Below, one piece after another: positions 47,656-57,996 of a stretch of 64,000 bases of DNA. The DNA is from Acidimicrobiaceae bacterium (GTDB taxonomy: Bacteria; Actinomycetota; Acidimicrobiia; Acidimicrobiales; MedAcidi-G1): contig PBAM01000010.1 in NCBI GenBank assembly GCA_002716285.1, positions 15,403-79,402 of the forward strand, read 5' to 3'. The stretch's first letter is position 1, and each line of letters opens with the position of its first letter. The notes beneath the pieces were generated by a model. The model did not search any database. It worked only from the letters and a program-made list of their open reading frames with translations, and was not told the origin of the DNA. Made by a program: the position numbers and the translations under genes.

Positions 47656-48480
47656 TTATTTTCCTGATTCTTGAAGGCCTCGCTTAGTTAAAACACGAGC
47701 AAGGTGAGAGCGATATTCAGTAGAAGCATTTAGATCAGAAGGAGGTTCAAGCCCTTCTGCAGCTAGTTCAGAAGCTTCTTCTGCTGAAGCGCCACTTTCG
47801 ACAGCTCCTTCTAAAGCTGCAGCACGTACAGGCTTAGAATCCATGTTGACAAGCCCGACACCACATTGATTGTCAGCTATTAAAACCGAAGCTCCTACAA
47901 TTGCCCAATCTTGAGCTCGCCGATTAAATTTTTGAAATGACCATGTTGAATTCGGTAATTTTGGAACACGAATTTCAGTTAAAAGTTCTTCTGGTTCTAA
48001 AGCTGTCTCAAGAAAACCTGTGAAAAAATCATCAGCTTCAACTTCACGCTCGCCTGAAGGACCCTCGATAATGAACGAAGCTCTTAAAGCCAATACTGCA
48101 GAAGGTATATCTGAAGCAGGGTCACCGTGCGCTAAAGCCCCGCCGATTGTTCCTCGGTGTCTGACTTGAGGATCACCAACCTGTTTTGTAGCAGCCGCTA
48201 AAAGTCCTGTGTTAGCTAATACCAGACCGTTGGTTTCAATTTCCCGATGGCATGTTAAAGCTCCAATAGCTAAATGATCTCCCTCCTCACGAACATAAGA
48301 AAGTTCATTTATACGTCCGACATCTACCACTATTCCAGGTGCGGCTAACCGATATTTCATAAGCGGTATCAAAGAATGCCCACCCGCCAAAAGTTTTGCC
48401 TCATCTCCATGTTCTGACAGTAAAGAAATCGCCTGTTCTTTTGAGTCAGCTCTCTGATAATCAAAAGCTGCGGGAATCAT
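47656..48480 (-). CDS. coxM: Molybdo-hydroxylase FAD-binding medium subunit
   Basis: [40 protein letters not shown]. Confidence 0.9.
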   Translation of the reverse strand: MIPAAFDYQRADSKEQAISLLSEHGDEAKLLAGGHSLIPLMKYRLAAPGIVVDVGRINELSYVREEGDHLAIGALTCHREIETNGLVLANTGLLAAATKQVGDPQVRHRGTIGGALAHGDPASDIPSAVLALRASFIIEGPSGEREVEADDFFTGFLETALEPEELLTEIRVPKLPNSTWSFQKFNRRAQDWAIVGASVLIADNQCGVGLVNMDSKPVRAAALEGAVESGASAEEASELAAEGLEPPSDLNASTEYRSHLARVLTKRGLQESGK

Positions 48481-48938
48481 GATTTACTTCCACTAGCTTG
48501 GAGTACGGCTTTCACGATGTTGTGGTAACCCGTGCATCGACATAAGTTGCCCTCTAATCCCTCACGGACTTCCAACTCCGTGGGAGCAGGAATTTCGTCT
48601 AAGAGTGAAACAGCTGCCATTACCATTCCCGGGGTGCAGTAGCCGCATTGAAGTGCATGACAATCACGGAATGCTTCTTGCATAGGATGCAGAGTTTCAC
48701 CATCTGCTAAACCTTCAATGGTTGTGACTTCTTGTTCATCTGCCTGAACAGCCAAAACAGTGCAAGATTTTACAGATTCGCCGTTTAAGTGAACTGTGCA
48801 GGCTCCACATGAAGATGAATCACATCCTATGTTGGTTCCTTTCAGACTCGCCTGCTCTCGTATGAAATGAACCAGAAGAGTCCTTGGCTCCACATCTGCT
48901 GAAACCTCCGTGCCATTAATTGTCATAGAAACTTTCAA
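48477..48938 (-). CDS. coxS: Molybdo-hydroxylase 2Fe-2S small subunit
   Basis: [31 protein letters not shown]. Confidence 0.93.
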   Translation of the reverse strand: MKVSMTINGTEVSADVEPRTLLVHFIREQASLKGTNIGCDSSSCGACTVHLNGESVKSCTVLAVQADEQEVTTIEGLADGETLHPMQEAFRDCHALQCGYCTPGMVMAAVSLLDEIPAPTELEVREGLEGNLCRCTGYHNIVKAVLQASGSKS

Positions 48939-49025
48939 CGACTTCCCCCTATTTGTAAATTTCTCAAATTTTCAAATCTCAATATCGAACTTAACAATAG
49001 TCCTAAAACTAGCCTATTTTTCAAT

Positions 49026-49823
49026 CTATGAACCTATCCGCCTCAAAGAACGAAAAGCTAAAACAGACCCGACGGTGTTAGCCGCAGCAAAAACCACGAC
49101 ACCTGGCCACGTTAGATCCCATGTTATTCCATCTAGGAACCCTTGTCTCGCGAAACGTAGCACGTTTGTTGTTGGATTAAATCGTGCAACTTGATGTAAC
49201 CATCCAGTCATAAATTCCAAAGGAACTTGGCCAATAGTCATGAAAAAACTGGTAAATGCTAACAGTTGAACAATCATTAGAGAACGAATGGTTTTAAAGC
49301 GGTAAACAATCGCAAGGCTAAAAAGACAAAAAACTGAAGCCATGAGTGCGGAAGCTAACGCTAAAAGTAAAATAGCTGGGAACCCGCCTGAAAGGTTCAA
49401 ACCTCCAATCAAAGCTACAATAACAACTCCTACTGTGGGAAATAATGAGCGGAAAGCGCTCACCAAAACAGTCCCTAACAGAATTGAACTTCGACTACCT
49501 GGTGTTAAAAGAAGACGATCGAAAAAACCTGTTTCAAAGTCTTCTGCTGTAGATGCAGAGCCAAAAACACCAGCAAAAACCGAACCCTGTAGTGCTACGT
49601 ATGGAGCCATCCAGTCGTAAATATTTTCGCTTCCATAGCCCTCAATTCTTGTTAGTGAGCCAAAGGCGCCTGTAAAACTAATCAACATAACCACCGGCAT
49701 AAAAACAATAGGCAGTAATAAAGTTGGTCTGCTTAAAACCCTTAAAGTACCTCTTCGGCAGACCGCCATTGCTATCGATAAGGAAACACCTCTTGCCGCT
49801 TTGGAGGACGTTTGTGTTGTCAT
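49026..49823 (-). CDS. ABC-2 type exporter permease
   Basis: Six hydrophobic segments, DFETGFFDRLLLTP, NP motif near the C-terminus. Confidence 0.85.
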   Translation of the reverse strand: MTTQTSSKAARGVSLSIAMAVCRRGTLRVLSRPTLLLPIVFMPVVMLISFTGAFGSLTRIEGYGSENIYDWMAPYVALQGSVFAGVFGSASTAEDFETGFFDRLLLTPGSRSSILLGTVLVSAFRSLFPTVGVVIVALIGGLNLSGGFPAILLLALASALMASVFCLFSLAIVYRFKTIRSLMIVQLLAFTSFFMTIGQVPLEFMTGWLHQVARFNPTTNVLRFARQGFLDGITWDLTWPGVVVFAAANTVGSVLAFRSLRRIGS

Positions 49824-50644
49824 GGTCGCTGCAGTTTCTTATGCAGAGTCAGAAGTGAGGCACCTGTCACCATGACTGCTCCCAATAATAAAATACCTAA
49901 AGCGGTAACTGCATCAGACCAAGACCAACCCACAATCATCAATCTTCTAAGGGGGTCAATTACCCATGTCATAGGGTTAAATTCAGCTAATCGTTTAAAC
50001 CAACCGCTCATAAGTTCTGTTGGGAAAAAAGCTGAACTCATAAAAATCATCACAAATATAAGTGGAAATGTGGCTCCCACTACCTCTTGGGAACCTGACC
50101 TGATCGCCAATATTTGACTTAGTCCACCGATAACAACGACGAGGAGACAGGCCGACAAAACTAAAACAAGCAAACCGGCTAAACCACTAGATACCTGAGC
50201 TCCTGCACTTAAAAATACTAAAACTATTATCACAGTCTTGATTCCAGCCAGAAGAGCTGAACCGCTAACTCTTCCGATCAGAACAGGCACTCTTGCCACT
50301 GGAGAAGCCAACAGTCGGTCCATAAAACCATTCTCTATATCTAATGCCAGCTCTGTTCCCGAATTACTGGCACCGAATGAAACCATTTGCAGGACTGTAG
50401 CTGGGAGAAGAAAATCAAGAAAAGAGTCAACTTCCGGAAACCCCGGAAGACTTAAGACTCGCTCAAATTGTTCCGCGTATGTAAAAGCCAAGAGCAAAGG
50501 AAATAACAGCCCTGGTAAAACAGTAGCAAGTTGACGAAGTTCACTTACTAAGGAACGTTGGGCTAGAACAATGGTTTGGGAAAAAAAGTTTTTAATCACT
50601 CTCGAAGAAGCAGTCGTATCGACTTTATTCATTCTCCGCCTCAA
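49820..50644 (-). CDS. ABC-2 type exporter permease
   Basis: DIENGFMDRLLASP, FMSSAFFP, FNPMTW; start possibly ATG 50632. Confidence 0.85.
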   Translation of the reverse strand: MRRRMNKVDTTASSRVIKNFFSQTIVLAQRSLVSELRQLATVLPGLLFPLLLAFTYAEQFERVLSLPGFPEVDSFLDFLLPATVLQMVSFGASNSGTELALDIENGFMDRLLASPVARVPVLIGRVSGSALLAGIKTVIIVLVFLSAGAQVSSGLAGLLVLVLSACLLVVVIGGLSQILAIRSGSQEVVGATFPLIFVMIFMSSAFFPTELMSGWFKRLAEFNPMTWVIDPLRRLMIVGWSWSDAVTALGILLLGAVMVTGASLLTLHKKLQRP

Positions 50645-51578
50645 CCCCTTCTAGTCTTCTGCCTGTCGCGTCAGCGAAAACGTCATCGAGACTCGGAGCA
50701 TCCAGTTCTAGATGTTCTACTGGAATTCCCGCCTCGTCAAACGCTCTTATAACTTCTGCTAATCGTGTTGCTCCTCCATCCAGTCCAACAGCCGCACGTC
50801 CCTCCCTAGAGGGCCTTCTCTCACCAAAAGAATCTAAAACGACCTGTGCCCTCATAAGGTCTACTTCTTCAACATCAACACGTAACGTTGGGGAACTGAT
50901 ATTTTCTTTCAATTCTTTTGGAATACCCTGACGTACAATCCTTCCAGCATCAATAATCGCTATCTCATGAGCTAGTTGATCTGCCTCTTCCAGGTATTGA
51001 GTAGTCAAAAAAACGGTTGTTCCTAATTCAGTATTTAAACGCTTAACCTCATCCCAGAGTGCTTCACGACTTGTGGGATCAAGACCGGTGGTCGGTTCAT
51101 CCAAAAAAAGAATTCTAGGCTCGTGGATCAAAGATAAAGCCAAGTCAAGACGTCGTCTCATACCTCCCGAGTAAGTACTAACACGTCGGCTAGCTGCTCC
51201 TGAGAGTCCCACACGTTCAAGCAGTTCACCTCCTCTTTTCTTTGCTTCAGTACGAGAAATTCCGTGCAAGACTGCTTGCAATCTGATCAATTCATTTGCC
51301 GTCATCAATGGGTCAATCGCTGCATCCTGAAGAGCAACACCAATTATTTTCCTTACATCAGCCGCTTCAGTAACGACATTAAATCCTGATACATAAATTT
51401 CTCCAGAAGTCGGATACAACAACGTCGTGAGCATTCTTATTGCTGTTGATTTGCCAGCGCCGTTAGGACCGAGAAAACCAAAAACTTCCCCTTCGCTTAC
51501 GCTGAGGTTAATACCATCCACGGCAACTATCTCTCCAAATTTTCGTATGAGATCGCGCGTTTCTATTACAGTTTTCAT
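50625..51578 (-). CDS. ABC exporter ATP-binding protein (DrrA family)
   Basis: GPNGAGKST, YSGGMRRRLDLA, LDEPTTGLDP, TTQYLEEAD, SLDDVF. Confidence 0.92.
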   Translation of the reverse strand: MKTVIETRDLIRKFGEIVAVDGINLSVSEGEVFGFLGPNGAGKSTAIRMLTTLLYPTSGEIYVSGFNVVTEAADVRKIIGVALQDAAIDPLMTANELIRLQAVLHGISRTEAKKRGGELLERVGLSGAASRRVSTYSGGMRRRLDLALSLIHEPRILFLDEPTTGLDPTSREALWDEVKRLNTELGTTVFLTTQYLEEADQLAHEIAIIDAGRIVRQGIPKELKENISSPTLRVDVEEVDLMRAQVVLDSFGERRPSREGRAAVGLDGGATRLAEVIRAFDEAGIPVEHLELDAPSLDDVFADATGRRLEGVEAENE

Positions 51579-51593
51579 GTTAAATCCATTTTC

Positions 51594-53879
51594 TCAGTCT
51601 TTTTGACCTTGAATTGATTCCCACACTCTTCGGGAGCTCAGTGGTAGATCAATGTTTCTTATTCCTAAATGACTCAGTCCATCTACTACAGCATTAGCAA
51701 CTGCAGGGGTTGATCCAATCGCCCCTGACTCTCCTATGCCCTTACAGCCCAGTGGGTTATTAGGTGTTGGGGTTTCCATAGGAACAAGTTCAAATGATGG
51801 CAATTCTGCCATTGAAATTATTCCATAATCTGCGAAATTAGCTGATTGAGGATTGCCGTCAGAGTCGTAGACAACTTCTTCTGTTAAGGCCTGAGCAACT
51901 CCCTGTGCGATTCCTCCATGCCTTTGACCCTCCACAATCATAGGATTAATTATTGTTCCAGCATCATCACAAGTGATCATCCTGTCAAGGGTCACGCCGC
52001 CCGTTTCAGTGTCAATTTCTACGACCGCTACATGAGTTCCGAAAGGATAGCTGCATTTAGTTTGTTCATTTGATTCCGAGGATAGATCATCAGCTTCTTC
52101 AGCTATATCTGCCCAGGTCTTGTTAACAGCTGGAGTTCCTGAAACATGGAAGGTTCCATTCGAATGGTCTAAAACAATGTCGTCAACATTAGCTTCGAGT
52201 AAATCAGCAGCAATTTGTTTGGCTGATTCAACTACCTCGCCAGCTGCTCTGTGGATAGAAGAACCACCTAGCTGAGTTGACCTTGATCCAAATGTCCCCA
52301 CTCCTTCGGCGACTTGATCCGTATCACCTTGTATAAGTTCAATGTCTTCAATGTCCATTCCCAATTGGTCAGCTGCAATCATTGCAAAAGTGGTCTGATG
52401 GCTTTGTCCGTGTGAAAGTGAACCAGAGAAAATTCGAGCTTTTCCTTCAGCAGTTATTTCAACTTTTCCGTATTCAGCCCCTCCTGGAGCGGGACCGGCC
52501 GTAATTTCTACATAAGTTGCTATACCGATCCCAAGCTGAACTACCTCTTCGCTTTCTCTCCGTCTAGTTTGCTCAGCTCTTAAATCTGAATAGCCTGCCG
52601 CTTCAAGAGCTAGTTCTAAGCTTTTTTCATAATCACCGCTGTCATATTCTGTTCCCACAGCAGTTGAAACTGGAAAATCTGGCGCTTGTAAATAATTTTT
52701 CCTTCTTATTTCTGCAGCATCCATTCCAATTTCAGCTGCGAACATATCAACTGCTCTTTCAATCGTAAGAGCTGCTTCGGGTCTACCAGCTCCACGGTAA
52801 GCCTCAGTTGGAGTTGTATTAGTCACTACGCTTCGGGCTGCTGTCTCTATATTTGGTATGTCGTAAACCCCTGAACTCATTATCAATGTGAACATGGGCA
52901 AAAAAGCTCCAAGACGTGTATATGCACCAGAGTCTGCCAAAACTTCAAGTCGGTAATGGGTGATATTGCCGTCTTTGTTGCCACCAATAGTAAAACGATG
53001 CACGTGGGCTCTTCCTGGCCCCATAGCCAGAAGATTTTCGGTACGAGTCTCGAACCATCGAACTGGCCTTCCCGCTTTAGCTGCTAACCAAGGAAGAAGA
53101 GCATCTTCAGGATATGGGGGTATTTTCCCACCAAAACCACCCCCAACATCGGGCACGATTACTTGGAATCCTCCTTTTGCTTGTTCTGCATAAAGAGGTT
53201 CCAGTGCACCCTTAACACCATGTGGAGCCTGATTAGACATCCACATGATTGCCTTATCACCTTCCCAAGTGGCTGCAGTCGAACGAGGTTCCAAAGGGGC
53301 TGGTGCTGTACGTTGATGAGGCACTCTTCCACTCAGCACAACTTCGCAACCTTCAAAAAATGAATCGTCTGTAACTCCAGTGGCCATACCCAAGGCAGAA
53401 AAATCAGCAGCGATATTTGTTCCTATTTCCTCATAAATCAAAACCGAATCAGTCGCCGCTTCTTCCATATCTACAACTACTGGGAGTGGTTCATAATCTA
53501 TGGAAACTGCTTCAGCTGCATCCGCTCCTTCTTCAGGGGTTTCGCTTAGAACTACCGCTATGCACTCCCCAACGAATCTAACTGTATCAATAGCTAATAT
53601 TGGTCGATTCAGCATTGCTTCAGGAAACATTGGAACCTGACCTTGAAGAATCGTAGGACCATCTAGATCAGCGGCGGTAAAGACTCCTGCCACTCCGGGC
53701 ATGGTAGATGCTTCAGAAGCATCTACCACGATCTTTGCGTGCGCCATTGTTGAACGAACATAAGTCACCCAAAGCGCTCCCTCAAGGGCTGGCTCATTTA
53801 AATCATCTGTGTAGCAAGCACCTTCGGTCAAAAATCCAACATCTTCTCTTCTAAGTACACGATTACCCAAAATACTCAT
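51594..53879 (-). CDS. Xanthine dehydrogenase-family molybdopterin subunit, form II CoxL-like
   Basis: RRED, VRSTMAHA, VGGGFGGK, AYRGAGRPEA, HGQSHQT, GTFGSRS, GQ.HGG.AQG, KGIGESG. Confidence 0.9.
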   Translation of the reverse strand: MSILGNRVLRREDVGFLTEGACYTDDLNEPALEGALWVTYVRSTMAHAKIVVDASEASTMPGVAGVFTAADLDGPTILQGQVPMFPEAMLNRPILAIDTVRFVGECIAVVLSETPEEGADAAEAVSIDYEPLPVVVDMEEAATDSVLIYEEIGTNIAADFSALGMATGVTDDSFFEGCEVVLSGRVPHQRTAPAPLEPRSTAATWEGDKAIMWMSNQAPHGVKGALEPLYAEQAKGGFQVIVPDVGGGFGGKIPPYPEDALLPWLAAKAGRPVRWFETRTENLLAMGPGRAHVHRFTIGGNKDGNITHYRLEVLADSGAYTRLGAFLPMFTLIMSSGVYDIPNIETAARSVVTNTTPTEAYRGAGRPEAALTIERAVDMFAAEIGMDAAEIRRKNYLQAPDFPVSTAVGTEYDSGDYEKSLELALEAAGYSDLRAEQTRRRESEEVVQLGIGIATYVEITAGPAPGGAEYGKVEITAEGKARIFSGSLSHGQSHQTTFAMIAADQLGMDIEDIELIQGDTDQVAEGVGTFGSRSTQLGGSSIHRAAGEVVESAKQIAADLLEANVDDIVLDHSNGTFHVSGTPAVNKTWADIAEEADDLSSESNEQTKCSYPFGTHVAVVEIDTETGGVTLDRMITCDDAGTIINPMIVEGQRHGGIAQGVAQALTEEVVYDSDGNPQSANFADYGIISMAELPSFELVPMETPTPNNPLGCKGIGESGAIGSTPAVANAVVDGLSHLGIRNIDLPLSSRRVWESIQGQKD

Positions 53880-53976
53880 TTGTATCTCCTGGTTATTTTC
53901 TAAGAAGACTGTAGCCCGATCATCTCTCTAGTGTTTCAACCAGCGGAAATTTATAAAATGAAAATTAGATAGATCG

Positions 53977-55592
<1,616 letters not shown>

Positions 55593-55691
55593 TTAAGTAA
55601 TACTGCTATTGAGCTCCGCCTATTACTAAACTACCCCTTAAGAGCTACCCAAATAGGACGGATAAAAAAAAAGTTAAGATCCAAATAGTCG

Positions 55692-57107
55692 CTAGTCAGT
55701 AAAATCGCGGTTTCTGATCTCCGCTTTCAATTCTTTCTTAGTGTGACCGTCTGCAGAAAATAAATCCACATCTCTAGTCTCAGCTAGTGCTTCAATATTT
55801 TTAATAAAAGCAACGAACTTAGAATTAGCTATTCGTAAAGCCCGTTCGGCTTCAAAGTTATTTTTTGCAGCCCAAAAAACAAGGTCTAAAAGAATATTTC
55901 CAAGCTCTTCGTCGGTTTCAGGAAGAGGTCCACCGGTGTAAGTTTTTTCGTCGAGCAGGTCTAATGTTTTTGATTTTTCAAATACTTTCTGTGCATAAGC
56001 AAGTGCTGGAAGAGCATCTGGAATTCCATCCAAAACTGAAGATCGTTTCTTTTCCTCTTTTTTAAGTTCTTCCCATCTTTTATGAGCGGAATCTGGATTG
56101 TCTCTCAACGGTGAGTCTTGTTCAGATGCAAATATCCTGGGATGCCTCCTGCGAAGCTTTTCATATATTCCTTTCGTTACATCAGCCAAATCGAAACGGG
56201 CATCGTCTGCTGCTATACGCGAGTGAAATACGATCTGAAATAATAAGTCACCAAGCTCTTCTTCTAAATCTTCAGAACCTTCCCCTGTCTCCTCATTAAA
56301 ATTCTCGATAGCTTCCAGAACCTCGTAAGTCTCTTCTAGTAAATGTGAAGTAAGTGAGGAATGGGTTTGTTCAGAGTCCCAAGGACATTGGAGTCTTAAT
56401 ACTCCTACTAGGTCGACAAATTTTTGCAATTCAGATGCAATCGGAGATTCTAGATGTGGAATAAAACACGAAGTTAAATGATCCGGTTCAACTTTTTCAA
56501 TTAAATCTTCCCATTGAAGTTCCTGCATCTTTTCGTCTTCTAAGCCTAAACGTTGCAATATAGTTACTGGTTGTGTTGGCGGAGAGTCAACTGCCGCAAC
56601 TATGTCAGCCAATATTTCTCTACTATCTATTTGAGTTACTAGTAGTGGACCTCTGTCACCAGCTGCTTCGGTTGCAAATCTGTGAGCATCAACAATTCGC
56701 ACTCCGATTTCCATGGGGTCAATCTTCAAACAGCTCCACGCTAAATCCACAAAAGAAAGACATGGAAATACTTCTATCTCAACCTCGGTTTGTTCAGTTA
56801 ATAGCTGAACCGTTCTTTCAGCTAAAAATGGAGAACCCGGAACTGCGTAAAGTATATTTTGATTCTTTTTAGCAGCTGCTATCAATTCTTCAACGATAGT
56901 CACGTAAACCTCGTCAAAGGAATCTGATGACTCATAAATATAATCAAATGAAACAACGTTAGGTCCTAACAAACAACTAGATGGATGTCTGGTCGTTCTC
57001 ACATAACGGAATTCGTGTTCTTCTATAAGTTCAAGATTTTTTGCACTACAAAAAGACGGCTCCCCAGGACCTAAACCTATGACTGTCACCTTAGGTAAAG
57101 GTTTCAA
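55692..57107 (-). CDS. mazG: YabN-like tetrapyrrole methylase-domain / MazG NTP pyrophosphohydrolase fusion
   Basis: IGLGPG, RT.RHP, YAVPGSP..AE N-terminal domain; CPWD..QTH.SL, LLEETYE, EELGDLL, KL.RRHP MazG domain. Confidence 0.88.
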   Translation of the reverse strand: MKPLPKVTVIGLGPGEPSFCSAKNLELIEEHEFRYVRTTRHPSSCLLGPNVVSFDYIYESSDSFDEVYVTIVEELIAAAKKNQNILYAVPGSPFLAERTVQLLTEQTEVEIEVFPCLSFVDLAWSCLKIDPMEIGVRIVDAHRFATEAAGDRGPLLVTQIDSREILADIVAAVDSPPTQPVTILQRLGLEDEKMQELQWEDLIEKVEPDHLTSCFIPHLESPIASELQKFVDLVGVLRLQCPWDSEQTHSSLTSHLLEETYEVLEAIENFNEETGEGSEDLEEELGDLLFQIVFHSRIAADDARFDLADVTKGIYEKLRRRHPRIFASEQDSPLRDNPDSAHKRWEELKKEEKKRSSVLDGIPDALPALAYAQKVFEKSKTLDLLDEKTYTGGPLPETDEELGNILLDLVFWAAKNNFEAERALRIANSKFVAFIKNIEALAETRDVDLFSADGHTKKELKAEIRNRDFTD

Positions 57108-57126
57108 ATCAAGAACCTTTTGAAAT

Positions 57127-57987
57127 TCATGTAGGTTCTATCTGTCCGACTACAGGGTTCCACGTGCCATAACGACTATCCAAGTCAACTTCTCTCGTAA
57201 GAGAGGAAAGGTGCATAATCGACATAAATAGTCTCTCACCTTGTTGTTCAAACGGTATTGGTTCCACAGCACTAATTTTGTCAACCCGTATCATGTGATA
57301 TCCAAACTGGCTGCCAACAGGACCTACTAGTTCTTTTGAAGCTTTAATAGCACCAAGTACAGCCCTTTCGAAAGATGGAACGAAGGCGCCTAAAGGCACA
57401 CACCCTAATGAGCCGCCGTTAGCACCGGAACCCGGGTCAATCGAGAACGTTAGAGCCAGCTCTTCAAATTTCTGTCCTGATCCAAGAAGTTTGATTATTT
57501 CTAAAGCTTCCTGCCTTGTATTTGTAAGAATATGGCTTGTGCAAAGCTCATGACCGAGGAGTTCTTTATTAGCTTCGTAAGCTGCTTTAACTTCCGAACT
57601 GCCCTCTGCGGCAAAATTACGAATAGCTTGCCATTCACTGTAAATATCAAGACGTGGATCTGAATCCGCTATTCCCGCTGCTAGAAGTTGATCCCGTGCT
57701 TTTACAACATCCACTTCGTCAAAGACAGCTCCATATTCACTCAAAAAGTCAGCTAGTGCCTGATTCTGTATCCACTCGTTAGCCGTTTCGATGAGAAGTG
57801 ACATCGAAGGATTAGCAATACCAGTGCGTTCTTCATTCCATTTAATTAAGGTGTCCCTCTCAATTTGTGTTTCGCCAACCTCAATGTCAACTTGAGAACC
57901 ACCGCAACTTAATAAAAGGCACATAAAAAATACAGTTAAAAAACCTTTTACGCTTTTCGAAAGTAAATCTGTTCTCATTAAACTCAC
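57127..57987 (-). CDS. Parvulin-type peptidyl-prolyl isomerase lipoprotein (PrsA-like)
   Basis: Lipobox LLSC; SHIL, FEELA..SID.GS..NGG.LG, FVPSFE, GPV.SQFGYH.I. Confidence 0.85.
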   Translation of the reverse strand: MSLMRTDLLSKSVKGFLTVFFMCLLLSCGGSQVDIEVGETQIERDTLIKWNEERTGIANPSMSLLIETANEWIQNQALADFLSEYGAVFDEVDVVKARDQLLAAGIADSDPRLDIYSEWQAIRNFAAEGSSEVKAAYEANKELLGHELCTSHILTNTRQEALEIIKLLGSGQKFEELALTFSIDPGSGANGGSLGCVPLGAFVPSFERAVLGAIKASKELVGPVGSQFGYHMIRVDKISAVEPIPFEQQGERLFMSIMHLSSLTREVDLDSRYGTWNPVVGQIEPT

Positions 57988-57996
57988 TCCAAGATG

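Noticed and set aside
51594-53879. Form I aerobic CO dehydrogenase
   Set aside because: Lacks the AYxCSFR Cu-ligand motif; has AYRGAGR.
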